A stretch of 33,688 nt of DNA from Candidatus Woesearchaeota archaeon (GTDB lineage Archaea > Nanobdellota > Nanobdellia > Woesearchaeales > ARS49): NCBI GenBank assembly GCA_018303245.1, contig JAGVYM010000010.1:1-33688 (forward strand), in the 5' to 3' direction. Below the pieces are notes generated by a model, which saw only the letters and a program-made list of their open reading frames with translations, was not told the origin of the DNA and searched no databases. This document shows positions 1-7,730 of the stretch, piece by piece. How positions within the stretch are numbered: the stretch's first letter is position 1; each line of letters begins with the position of its first letter. Both the position numbers and the translations under genes were made by a program.

Positions 1-1
1 A

Positions 2-247
2 GGGAATATTCCTCCCGCAAATCGTCCTTTTGTTGTTCCAAGAGCAATGAACTATTTTATGGGCGCAGGATTCGCAGTAGGGCTTGCTCTTGTGGTAAAA
101 GGAAACGCTGAAGAAAATGTACAGTTAGAATATTTCGGTGCTGGAATAGCGACATATTCGGTGATCTATGCGGCGAGTGTGCATTTTATTTCTCCGCTAA
201 TCGCAAAGTCTATTAACCATCGTTTTTCACAAAAACATCAACCGTAA
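2..247 (+). CDS. Small membrane protein, probably the 3' part of a gene starting upstream of the window
   Basis: The frame of the 47..247 ORF is open back to the window edge; two hydrophobic segments (FMGAGFAVGLALVV, YFGAGIATYSVIYAASVHF). Confidence 0.5.
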   Translation, partial: GNIPPANRPFVVPRAMNYFMGAGFAVGLALVVKGNAEENVQLEYFGAGIATYSVIYAASVHFISPLIAKSINHRFSQKHQP

Positions 248-580
248 CTTGTTCCCGAGCGGATACACCCCAACTACATCTCCATCGAGACGGTTCCAGC
301 GTAAATATTTTTGGATTTTGCGCATTTGCGTGTTCAAGCCAAACAGCGATCGCCTGCAGCTTCCGCTTTTGATTTCGATGTAGCGTTTACAGACTCCTTT
401 TTCACACCTATAAACAATAAAAATGTCTGGTTGTGCGATCGCGTGTTTTTTCTTAGTTAAAGGATATTCTGTTTCAATGGCGATGACTTCCTCTTTGTCA
501 ATGCCGACGAGCTCGGGGTTTTCAAGAATTAAGGTTTTGAGCTCTTCGTGCCGCTGCAAACTGCCGCGTTCGTAGTGCAT
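227..580 (-). CDS. PD-(D/E)XK nuclease-fold protein (NucS/EndoMS C-terminal-like)
   Basis: HEELK..ILENPE, TEYPL, QPDIFIVY, YIEIKSG fit E..PD..(D/E)xK; TATA-like sequence at ~601-610 upstream. Confidence 0.6.
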   Translation of the reverse strand: MHYERGSLQRHEELKTLILENPELVGIDKEEVIAIETEYPLTKKKHAIAQPDIFIVYRCEKGVCKRYIEIKSGSCRRSLFGLNTQMRKIQKYLRWNRLDGDVVGVYPLGNKLRLMFL

Positions 581-651
581 TCTTCGAGTAAGGTGTGTAG
601 ATATATAATGATTTCTTTCAATTTATGCAAAAAGGCAAATAGTTTAAGGTT

Positions 652-948
652 CTATTCTCGACGCGGAAGTTTTGACTGGGCGAAATAAACTTTAAACAAA
701 GTGGTATCTGATTCAGCTGGCGTGCGGTCCTTCATAAGGGTTCTAGAGAGTGCGAGTGTGGTGTCAACGAGTGCAGGTCCGCAATGGACACGGCCCAAAT
801 CTGCTTGTTGATTCATCCAGAATGCATAGTTGGCAAGGGCAACGCCTGCCTCGACATAGTTTTGCGCGGTAAGAGCTGGCTTGATTTTGTCAGCATACGC
901 GTCGTGAAGTCGGTGGACTAATTCAACTGCAGTAAGGGGAGTATTCAT
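652..948 (-). CDS. Hypothetical protein (98 aa)
   Basis: ATG-initiated ORF with TATA box (minus strand GTTTAAAAAG, 971-980) ~24 nt upstream, suggesting a leaderless gene. Confidence 0.6.
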   Translation of the reverse strand: MNTPLTAVELVHRLHDAYADKIKPALTAQNYVEAGVALANYAFWMNQQADLGRVHCGPALVDTTLALSRTLMKDRTPAESDTTLFKVYFAQSKLPRRE

Positions 949-988
949 TCTTTGTTCAAATCAGCGATATCTTTTTAAACGTTTTGAC

Positions 989-1091
989 TTCTTTTCAACA
1001 GTTGGGCTTAATTTGCAGCTTGCTGCTATTAGTGCCCAACTTTGAAATAAGAAATTGTCTTCTCACTTCCAATGGAATTCAGACAATTTCT
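989..1091. repeat. Two adjacent imperfect hairpins directly upstream of tRNA-Glu
   Basis: AGTTGGGC (1000-1007) pairs with GCCCAACT (1034-1041) with extended arms; perfect 11-bp inverted repeat AGAAATTGTCT (1050-1060) / AGACAATTTCT (1081-1091). Confidence 0.75.
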
Positions 1092-2385
1092 ATATTCGAA
1101 GAGTACGCCGCGGTCGTATAGTCCGGTCAAGTATGCTGCCCTTTCGAGGCGGTCACCTGGGTTCAAATCCCAGCCGCGGCATCTGATTGTGCCTAAGCCG
1201 TTTATTCAGACGAAAAGAGGATACAGGGGTTACTATTGTAAAAATTCTGCAAACTTAGATTATTTCAGACGGTTAATCGCTAAGTTTGAATCCAGAGATT
1301 TGAGCTATGTTAGACGGCTTCGCCTTCTTCAAGATTTGAAAATTGTTGTTCACTTTACAGAGAAAGACCTTAAAGAACTTGCCAGAGAGGATATTGACCA
1401 GATTGTTGCGCGGGTAAATACTTCGCAAAGTTCTGAAAGTGCCAGTGATTTTAAGACGCATTTGAAAATTATTTGGAAGTTAATCCTTCCAGAAACAGAT
1501 GAAAAGAATAGACCAGATGAATCAATAACGCCTTATGTAGTGAGACATTTGAAATCGTACATAGATAAGAGCAGACAAAAGAGAAGAATAGACAAGCTCT
1601 CATGGGAAGAGTTTGAACGCATTGTAACTTTCTTCAGCGATAAGCCATGCATTCAGGCGTACTTGATGTTAGCACTTGAAAGTTTGGGAAGACCTCAAGA
1701 GCTTTTATGGCGCAAAATAAAAGACGTGGAATTATACGACAACTACGCCAAAATTTATCTCTCAAGTCATGGAAAAGAAGGTATAGGTATTCTTCAATGC
1801 ATTGATAGTTATGCTTATCTCACTTCGTGGCTCAATGAACACCCTTTCAGAAAAAATCCAGATGCGTTTCTTTTCGTTAATTCAAAGGGTGACCAATACT
1901 CAAATTTTGCTATTAACAAACATATGAGGATTGCCTGTGAAAAACTGCAAATCAATAAGCCGATAACGTGCTATTCTCTCAAAAGAAACGGCGTAACTCT
2001 GCGCCGTTTAAGAGGAGATACGGATGTAGAAATACAGCGTGCGGCGCGGTGGTCAAGCACGAAACAACTCAAAACTTATGACCTTTCAGACCAAGATGAT
2101 GCGTTTAAACTTGAACTTGTGAAAAGAGGGCTTATAGAGCCAGAACATGGTTTTGAACACTTGAAGCCGAAAACCCGCCCTTGTGTTCACTGTGGCGCGT
2201 TAAACAAGTTTACAGATGTGACTTGTAACCATTGCAATAGACCGCTGGATAGAAAGCGAATTCTTGAACTTCAGCGCGAAGATGAACTTAGAGCACTCAA
2301 AGACTTTATGACAATCCCTCAAGTAAAAGAACTCTTCGAGACGGTGTACAGATTAAAGAAGAAAGTGGAGGGAAGGTCAAAATAA
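1072..2385 (+). CDS. Tyrosine recombinase/integrase with C-terminal Zn ribbon; true start probably GTG 1189, after the tRNA
   Basis: LESLGRPQEL (Arg I), HGKEG (Lys), CYSLKRNG (box II), AARWSS (Trp), LKTYD (Tyr); CVHC..CNHC Zn ribbon; the first 39 codons run through the tRNA. Confidence 0.9.
   Translation: MEFRQFLYSKSTPRSYSPVKYAALSRRSPGFKSQPRHLIVPKPFIQTKRGYRGYYCKNSANLDYFRRLIAKFESRDLSYVRRLRLLQDLKIVVHFTEKDLKELAREDIDQIVARVNTSQSSESASDFKTHLKIIWKLILPETDEKNRPDESITPYVVRHLKSYIDKSRQKRRIDKLSWEEFERIVTFFSDKPCIQAYLMLALESLGRPQELLWRKIKDVELYDNYAKIYLSSHGKEGIGILQCIDSYAYLTSWLNEHPFRKNPDAFLFVNSKGDQYSNFAINKHMRIACEKLQINKPITCYSLKRNGVTLRRLRGDTDVEIQRAARWSSTKQLKTYDLSDQDDAFKLELVKRGLIEPEHGFEHLKPKTRPCVHCGALNKFTDVTCNHCNRPLDRKRILELQREDELRALKDFMTIPQVKELFETVYRLKKKVEGRSK
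1107..1181 (+). tRNA. tRNA-Glu(TTC)
   Basis: Acceptor stem GCCGCGG/CCGCGGC plus A73; anticodon arm CTGCC-CTTTCGA-GGCGG; T arm CTGGG-TTCAAAT-CCCAG; no encoded CCA. Confidence 0.95.
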
Positions 2386-2426
2386 GCAATCAAGAACTCT
2401 TCTTTCATCAGAATATGAGGCTCCTC

Positions 2427-2675
2427 TTAATATTTCTTCTTTATTTTTTCATAAAGCTCTTTTATTCTTGAATCTTCTCCATAATTAACCCAAATGCCTT
2501 TTTTGCAATCATCTACAAGAATTGAATAATCATATCCGATAGTTATTATTGCTGACCCGTTTAGTCCTTGGAGAATTTCCTCATTTTTTGTCCGAGATAA
2601 ATTATGAAATTTCCATTCTTTGACATCTTGAGCTAACCTCAATACTTCTTCAAGTGTTGGTTTTGTTTTTGCCAT
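2427..2675 (-). CDS. Hypothetical protein (82 aa)
   Basis: Last ORF of a tightly packed minus-strand operon (3636->2427). Confidence 0.7.
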   Translation of the reverse strand: MAKTKPTLEEVLRLAQDVKEWKFHNLSRTKNEEILQGLNGSAIITIGYDYSILVDDCKKGIWVNYGEDSRIKELYEKIKKKY

Positions 2676-2676
2676 T

Positions 2677-2919
2677 TTATTCTTCCTTTGGTTTTAGTTC
2701 AGGAAATAACTTGTAAAGTTCTTGTCGTGTTTGTATATATGCATTTCTTGAACCTAAACATTCTTTCATCAAATTAAAACTTGCCTCGTCAAATGCACCG
2801 CATCGCTGCCAGCCGCGATTAGCATTTTCATATGATGCTCTTCGTCTTTCTGCTTCTGTAGTTTCCTTTTCTAAAAATTTCACGAGAGCTTGCAATTTTT
2901 CGGTAATATCTTTACTCAT
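2677..2919 (-). CDS. Small helical protein, paralog of 3421..3636
   Basis: Shares the pattern EKL..LVK.L....E.ER...Y...R..(L/I)Y.LFP(E/D)L. Confidence 0.75.
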   Translation of the reverse strand: MSKDITEKLQALVKFLEKETTEAERRRASYENANRGWQRCGAFDEASFNLMKECLGSRNAYIQTRQELYKLFPELKPKEE

Positions 2920-3424
2920 TGTATTCCACTCGGACTTTTTTATGTGATTTCAAGATTTTTGATTTGATGTATTCTTTTAATCCTTCTTCTGTTTTGTAAA
3001 AGACGTTTCCAGCTAAAACACTTTGTTTTCTTCTTCCTATTGAGCAATTGTTTGGACTGCGGTCACCGCCCTCTATGCTTGTTATTTGAACATCAATTTC
3101 AACTTCAGTTTCATCAGTTAATTCTAACGTTTTTCTGACTGCGTCATCCAAATCAATATTTTTTATCTTAGGACTTGTTCTCAGGAAGGTATTCCCTGCT
3201 CCACAATACATGGCAGAATTACGATAAAAATGTCTTACGATTTCAGAATCTAACTTTTTCTCTTTACTTAATCTTCTAATGGCATCTTGAATTTCATAAT
3301 TAGCAATAGCCGGATTTGTTTCTAAGTAAATTTCAACTGACTTTGCTACTCTTCGTTTATGTTCATCATAAACTCTACTTCCAACTCCAAAATTCTGTTC
3401 GCCCAAGATTGTTGTAAGGTTCAT
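2912..3424 (-). CDS. Hypothetical protein (170 aa)
   Basis: Overlaps both neighbours in operon fashion. Confidence 0.75.
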   Translation of the reverse strand: MNLTTILGEQNFGVGSRVYDEHKRRVAKSVEIYLETNPAIANYEIQDAIRRLSKEKKLDSEIVRHFYRNSAMYCGAGNTFLRTSPKIKNIDLDDAVRKTLELTDETEVEIDVQITSIEGGDRSPNNCSIGRRKQSVLAGNVFYKTEEGLKEYIKSKILKSHKKVRVEYNE

Positions 3425-3636
3425 TTTTGTAGGTCTGGGAAAAGTTGGTAAATTTGTTCTCGCACGCTTTGGTATGTTTCAACTCGGGCAGCGTTTTTTA
3501 TTTTCGGGAGATTGTCATATGCTTGTACAAATCTTCCTCCATACGGTGCACTCTCTTCTTTTCTCTCAGATTCTATCTTGTCATCAAGAGATTTGACCAA
3601 TAAACGTAATTTTTCTTCGTATTCGTTTGATTCCAT
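3421..3636 (-). CDS. Small helical protein, paralog of 2677..2919
   Basis: TATA box (minus strand AAAGCTTTATAAA, ~3661-3673) ~24 nt upstream; shared LFP(D/E)L motif. Confidence 0.75.
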   Translation of the reverse strand: MESNEYEEKLRLLVKSLDDKIESERKEESAPYGGRFVQAYDNLPKIKNAARVETYQSVREQIYQLFPDLQK

Positions 3637-3842
3637 GCTTCAAATTTCACATTTACTGCTTTATAAAGCTTTCTGAAGAGACAACTCGAAAGTAGTAAAT
3701 ATTTATGGTTGCGGGACAGTGCAAGGCATAATCCCAAAGTGCCTTCTGGATGCCTTACGGTGTGCTTGAACTGTCCTGAGATACGTCCCAAAGCCATAGG
3801 CAAACCAAACGCTAACCGTCTCTGGCGCGTTTCTCCACCGCG

Positions 3843-4031
3843 CTATTCGCGTCTCTTCGCATCAAGCCAGTGTTTCTTATGCGCCCACACGCGCTCACGT
3901 TTAATTCCAGTAACGCTGACTATTTCCCACCACGGAATTCTGGGGCTGTCTTCTAAGAGAATCCAAACTATTGTGCGTTCTTCCTGAATGCGTTTCCATT
4001 CGGGGCGTAAGAGTTTCTTCACCCAATTCAT
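3843..4031 (-). CDS. Hypothetical Trp-rich protein (62 aa)
   Basis: ATGA overlap with the stop codon of 4028..5092. Confidence 0.55.
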   Translation of the reverse strand: MNWVKKLLRPEWKRIQEERTIVWILLEDSPRIPWWEIVSVTGIKRERVWAHKKHWLDAKRRE

Positions 4032-5092
4032 TGAACACCTTTTGATTTATTCTTTACAACAAAACAATCAACCTCATCGTTTTGTTCACGAATGATAATT
4101 GAGTGTTTATCTTTGTGTACCAAAAAATCAAGATGCGCTCGTGCTTTGTTGTAGCGCAGGTCTTTTCCAAAGCTAAGCATTATTTCTTGAATTGTTTCAG
4201 GAGTTACTTTCATACCAATGTAGTGTTCAGCAAGATGTTCTTTAATGCGAATAATCACTGCTTTCTTTTTGGATTCTCTCTCTTTTTTGAGAAGGGCTTT
4301 TTCTAATTTAACTGCTTGATGTTCTTTCTCTATTTTTCGCAGTCGTGTGATTCTTTCTGTTACCAGTTGTTTGAACCTCATTGCAACACTTACTTCTATT
4401 GAAAGGCGGTTTACTGCGTAAAAATCTTTATTGATTTTGTAATATTTGCTTGAACGCTGTCCAACAAAGCGCAAGTATTCTTGTTTGTTTTGTACATCAA
4501 TATCGGTGAAGTCTAAGTTCGTGATGGCTTTTTCTCTTTCAAGTTCTTTGAGCCAATCGTGAAGTTTGGATTTATTATCCTCAGACATACCTAAAAGAAG
4601 ACGCAGTTCATCAAAATATGCAACCTCTAAGTATTTGACTGCGTATACAATTTGGAGTTTTTTGATAGACTTTTCTGCGCTTTTTGCACGTTCTAATTGG
4701 TTTTCAACAAATTCTGTTAAGGACTCTACATCACAGCTCCCATCAGGCAAACGGAAATTTTTCTGAAAGTCACGTTCCAGTTCTGATGCCTGAACTGTGG
4801 GCGCAGTTTTGATTTTTTCTAGGGGTTGCGCGTTTGAGAACTCTTTGTCGATTTTTTGAGTAAACTGGCTTGAATCAGTGGCTGTTTTTTCTGAACTCAA
4901 AGTGTTGTTTTGGTTCGGAAGAGAACTGAAATGGTTATTTGAGTTCTGAGATGAACTGTCAATTTTGATAGTGTTCTTGGCTAAACCCATTGTGGAAAGT
5001 ATGGACTTTTCGTTGCACTGTTCGCATAAGCGATTAGGGTTTGAAAGAACGCTAATAATTACGCCACACTGAATGCAATGAACATCAGCCAT
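4028..5092 (-). CDS. Zn-finger plus wHTH-like protein, possible replication or regulatory protein of the element
   Basis: N-terminal CIQC..CEQC, S/N/Q-rich linker, HTH-like AYFDELRLLLGMSEDNKSKLHDWLKELERE, coiled coil, second wHTH-like C-terminus; start moved to ATG 5092 behind an AGGTGA RBS. Confidence 0.7.
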   Translation of the reverse strand: MADVHCIQCGVIISVLSNPNRLCEQCNEKSILSTMGLAKNTIKIDSSSQNSNNHFSSLPNQNNTLSSEKTATDSSQFTQKIDKEFSNAQPLEKIKTAPTVQASELERDFQKNFRLPDGSCDVESLTEFVENQLERAKSAEKSIKKLQIVYAVKYLEVAYFDELRLLLGMSEDNKSKLHDWLKELEREKAITNLDFTDIDVQNKQEYLRFVGQRSSKYYKINKDFYAVNRLSIEVSVAMRFKQLVTERITRLRKIEKEHQAVKLEKALLKKERESKKKAVIIRIKEHLAEHYIGMKVTPETIQEIMLSFGKDLRYNKARAHLDFLVHKDKHSIIIREQNDEVDCFVVKNKSKGVQ

Positions 5093-5204
5093 CCTGCTCA
5101 CCTAAGACTTTCTTCCGCACGTATTCGCTTTTTGATGAACCTTTGGGAATAGAACCTTCAATTTTTGCAAGTTCGATAGAATTAACTTTGTGTCACAAGG
5201 GTTT

Positions 5205-5348
5205 TTATGTTTTGGCTGTTTCTGTTGCATTGTCATCGGCTCTTTTTGAAGTGGGCGTTGTCGCGTCCGCTTTGATTTTTTCTTCTGCATTTTTGATTAG
5301 AATTCCCACATTATCTAACAAGTCCTTCAGGATGGCTTCACTGTGCAT
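5205..5348 (-). CDS. Small hypothetical protein (MHSEAILKDLL...)
   Basis: ATG 5348 overlaps the end of the RHH gene; helical amphipathic sequence. Confidence 0.4.
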   Translation of the reverse strand: MHSEAILKDLLDNVGILIKNAEEKIKADATTPTSKRADDNATETAKT

Positions 5349-5574
5349 TTTTCCACCCTGCAAGCCATCCATCAACTGCGGTCTTTTTCTCTTGAGGTTC
5401 AATTTGAGAATTTGCAATTTCTTGACTTTCTGAATCATCAGATTCCAGTTCAGATACCAGTCTGCGTAAAACTGATGCTTTGCTGGTGTACGCTTTCCTT
5501 GCTTCGCTGGATAGCTTTGCATACAGCGCATCGTCGAAAATCACAGTTATCGTTTTGTTCACTTTGGCTTTCAT
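5338..5574 (-). CDS. Ribbon-helix-helix (CopG/MetJ-like) DNA-binding protein
   Basis: KTITVIFDDALYAKLSSEARKAYTSKASVLRRLVSE is the classic beta-alpha-alpha pattern; TATA at ~5597-5604. Confidence 0.8.
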   Translation of the reverse strand: MKAKVNKTITVIFDDALYAKLSSEARKAYTSKASVLRRLVSELESDDSESQEIANSQIEPQEKKTAVDGWLAGWKNAQ

Positions 5575-5653
5575 AGTATTTGTTAGGAGTACCTATTATT
5601 TAAACCTTTCTGAATGGAAAACCTTTTAAAATCTGGAAACTCTGGAATGTGTT
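5575..5653. promoter_or_regulatory. Back-to-back archaeal promoters between the RHH and wHTH genes
   Basis: Minus strand GAAAGGTTTAAATA and plus strand AAACCTTTTAAAA; direct repeat TCTGGAA at 5632-5638 and 5641-5647. Confidence 0.65.
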
Positions 5654-6115
5654 ATGTTGCCGTTTGAAAAAGAGTTTCCCGAATTGGGAGAAAACTTAAC
5701 CACTATGTCTTATTTTATGTTGGTTGAAGAAGCCGCATTTATCAGATATGCGTATTTTGCTCAAAGACCTATGTCCACTCCGGAGTATTATTCTTTTCTT
5801 TTAGGTTTTGAAATAGGTCGTCTTGAAAGGGATGCTAAGTACGCGATTAAAATTGGAATTTACCCCCTTCCACATTTCATTGAAATGGAAAAGATGGCTA
5901 AAGGAGTGGGTGCAAAAGCGTCATATAAGAGGACACTTTCTATCCTTGAACGATTAGCGAAGTGGGGATTTTTGAAAAAGAGACCTGTTCAACATATGAA
6001 GGAGAAATTCTTTTGGGTTCTGAATCCTCCATTCTTGCAGAAATATGGAAGCCAACTCAAGGCAATAGAAGAAAAATCTCCTCTTGTGGAGAAGCAAAAA
6101 GAAGCGAAAACTTAA
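5654..6115 (+). CDS. Putative winged-helix DNA-binding protein (153 aa)
   Basis: ASYKRTLSILERLAKWGFLKKRPVQHMKEKFFWVLNP resembles a recognition helix plus wing. Confidence 0.6.
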   Translation: MLPFEKEFPELGENLTTMSYFMLVEEAAFIRYAYFAQRPMSTPEYYSFLLGFEIGRLERDAKYAIKIGIYPLPHFIEMEKMAKGVGAKASYKRTLSILERLAKWGFLKKRPVQHMKEKFFWVLNPPFLQKYGSQLKAIEEKSPLVEKQKEAKT

Positions 6116-6125
6116 TATATTTCTA

Positions 6126-6143
6126 TTATATCAGTTGATATAA
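6126..6143. promoter_or_regulatory. Palindromic operator between TATA and the ATG of 6145..6450
   Basis: TTATATCA-GT-TGATATAA, perfect 8-bp inverted repeat. Confidence 0.7.
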
Positions 6144-6144
6144 C

Positions 6145-6450
6145 ATGACTGAACTCATAAATTCGCACGGAGAGAACATTTTGCGTTTTCCTAGACTTGA
6201 TACTGTGCTTATGGTTGAGGAGTTTATCAAAGCGCATGACGGAGAGTTGAAAAAGCGCAAGCTCTGGGAGTCGCTACCGAAAAAGATGATGTATCAGACC
6301 TTTTGCGTTGTCATTGATTATTTGCTTCAATCACACAAGCTTTCAATTGATGCAGAAGGCAAGATTGGCTGGATGTACTATCCTGAAACCGCAAAGAGAT
6401 ATTGCGAGAGGGCTGACTTAGGAAGACGCAAAATCAAAAAGTTTAAATAA
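6145..6450 (+). CDS. wHTH-like protein (101 aa)
   Basis: PRLDTVLMVEEFIK...KKRKLWESLPKKMMYQTFCVVIDYLLQSHKLSID has a wHTH-like pattern; own promoter and operator. Confidence 0.75.
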   Translation: MTELINSHGENILRFPRLDTVLMVEEFIKAHDGELKKRKLWESLPKKMMYQTFCVVIDYLLQSHKLSIDAEGKIGWMYYPETAKRYCERADLGRRKIKKFK

Positions 6451-6471
6451 AAGTAAGACCTATCTTACTTT
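6450..6471. promoter_or_regulatory. Toxin-antitoxin operator palindrome directly after the TATA box
   Basis: AAAGTAAGA-CCTA-TCTTACTTT, perfect 9-bp inverted repeat, follows GTTTAAATA and ends at ATG 6472. Confidence 0.8.
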
Positions 6472-6738
6472 ATGGAAATCGCTATAACGACGATGAGTTC
6501 AAAAGGGCAGATTGTGATACCTAAAGAAATGCGCTCACGCATAAAAGAAGGTGAAAAAATAGTTATTTTGGAGCGAGATGGTCAATTTGTACTCAAGTTA
6601 GCTCGCAATCTGGACAAAAACTTCAAGGACGATTTGGAGTTTGCAAGAAGGACTGAAGACGCGTGGAAAAGCTACGATAGAGGAGAGTTTAAGTCAAGTT
6701 CTGCAGAGGATTTCTTAAAAGAATTAAGCAAATGGTAA
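6472..6738 (+). CDS. AbrB/MazE/SpoVT-family antitoxin
   Basis: TTMSSKGQIVIPKEMR...KEGEKIVI is the AbrB signature; C-terminal EDAWKSYDRGEFKSSSAEDFLKEL. Confidence 0.9.
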   Translation: MEIAITTMSSKGQIVIPKEMRSRIKEGEKIVILERDGQFVLKLARNLDKNFKDDLEFARRTEDAWKSYDRGEFKSSSAEDFLKELSKW

Positions 6739-6986
6739 TGCCTATAGTTGAGCGAAGAACAGAGTTTGATAAATCCGTCCAAAAGCTAAAAGATGGCTTG
6801 TTGCGAGAAAAAGTTCATAAGCAGATTGCAAAAATAATACAAGACCCTGAACTCGGCAAGCCGATGATGTACGCGCGAAAAGGAACAAGGGAAGTCTACA
6901 TTCCCCCTTTTCGCTTGTCGTACGCATACCTTGCTGAAGAAAACAAGATAATCTTGCTCGATTTATATCACAAAGACGACCAATAG
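6732..6986 (+). CDS. RelE/ParE-family toxin
   Basis: EFDKSVQKL...IIQDPELGKPM...TREVYIPPFRLSY...IILLDLYHKD; overlaps the antitoxin stop codon. Confidence 0.9.
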   Translation: MVMPIVERRTEFDKSVQKLKDGLLREKVHKQIAKIIQDPELGKPMMYARKGTREVYIPPFRLSYAYLAEENKIILLDLYHKDDQ

Positions 6987-7036
6987 GTTTTAAGTAGTTG
7001 CAGTTCATCAAGGCAGTTAACTTCTGGCACTTAGCT

Positions 7037-7048
7037 CAGCCACGGCAT
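7037..7048 (+). repeat. Internal att-like copy of the tRNA-Glu 3' end
   Basis: CAGCCACGGCAT is identical to 7707-7718 and matches 1171-1182 at 11/12. Confidence 0.65.
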
Positions 7049-7082
7049 ACAATTTTTAGTTCATTTACGGTAGTTCACCGTT

Positions 7083-7583
7083 TCACTCAGGAATATGATT
7101 TATGTTCAGTCCTCGCTTTGGAAATCTTGCAGTTAAATTTTCCCTAATTACGTAGTCACCAAAACTAACAATTGCCAAAGCCATTGCTTTAAATCTGCCA
7201 ACTTGTTCCATTTTCTTTTTTTGGTATGGATGAAACATAACCCAAACAGAATGTTCTAATCCGTTAATTTTGTGTTCATCACCCTCATACTGAAAATTAA
7301 AGTCCTTATTTATCTGCACTTCAACAGTTCCAGAAGAATAGTTGAATCTTTGAAAAATTTCATCTCTCTCCAAAACACCTTTTTCTGTTTTAATATACTG
7401 CCAAGGTTCTCTTATGCTGCTTTCTCGAGGAGAGTTTCTAAATGAGTTTGTTACTTTTAAAAATAATTCAGCTGGATTTCCAAATAAAAGAACAGGCCAA
7501 TTATCATAAATTTTGAGTTTGCCTTCTAATATGGCTTCGTCATTACATTCTTTGAGTTTATCTAAATATTCACTTAATTTCAT
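7083..7583 (-). CDS. Hypothetical protein (166 aa), cargo between two att-like repeats
   Basis: AT-rich ORF with its own TATA box (~7605-7613). Confidence 0.75.
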   Translation of the reverse strand: MKLSEYLDKLKECNDEAILEGKLKIYDNWPVLLFGNPAELFLKVTNSFRNSPRESSIREPWQYIKTEKGVLERDEIFQRFNYSSGTVEVQINKDFNFQYEGDEHKINGLEHSVWVMFHPYQKKKMEQVGRFKAMALAIVSFGDYVIRENLTARFPKRGLNINHIPE

Positions 7584-7703
7584 GTGTTTATTTGAAGAAA
7601 GTGGGTTTTTAAAGCTTACTGGCAGGCTAACTAAACAGTGACAATTTTGTGCTTAGAATGACTGTGTACTGATTAGTGCCGTAATTGAACTTTTTTCATC
7701 GGT

Positions 7704-7718
7704 TCCCAGCCACGGCAT
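7704..7718 (+). repeat. attR-like direct repeat of the tRNA-Glu 3' end
   Basis: TCCCAGCCACGGCAT versus TCCCAGCCGCGGCAT at 1168-1182. Confidence 0.8.
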
Positions 7719-7730
7719 TTTTCTCACACG

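Larger units (their letters stand above)
1168..7718. mobile_element. Integrated element (provirus remnant or integrative plasmid-like island) at tRNA-Glu
   Basis: Integrase next to the tRNA; tRNA 3' end TCCCAGCCGCGGCAT (1168-1182) repeated as TCCCAGCCACGGCAT (7704-7718, 14/15); visibly AT-richer than the downstream DNA; TA module and short ORFans. Confidence 0.85.

Noticed and set aside
5102..5290. 62-aa minus-strand ORF between the RHH gene and the Zn-finger gene
   Set aside because: Overlaps 5205..5348 in another frame; a shorter version may be real but cannot be supported from sequence alone
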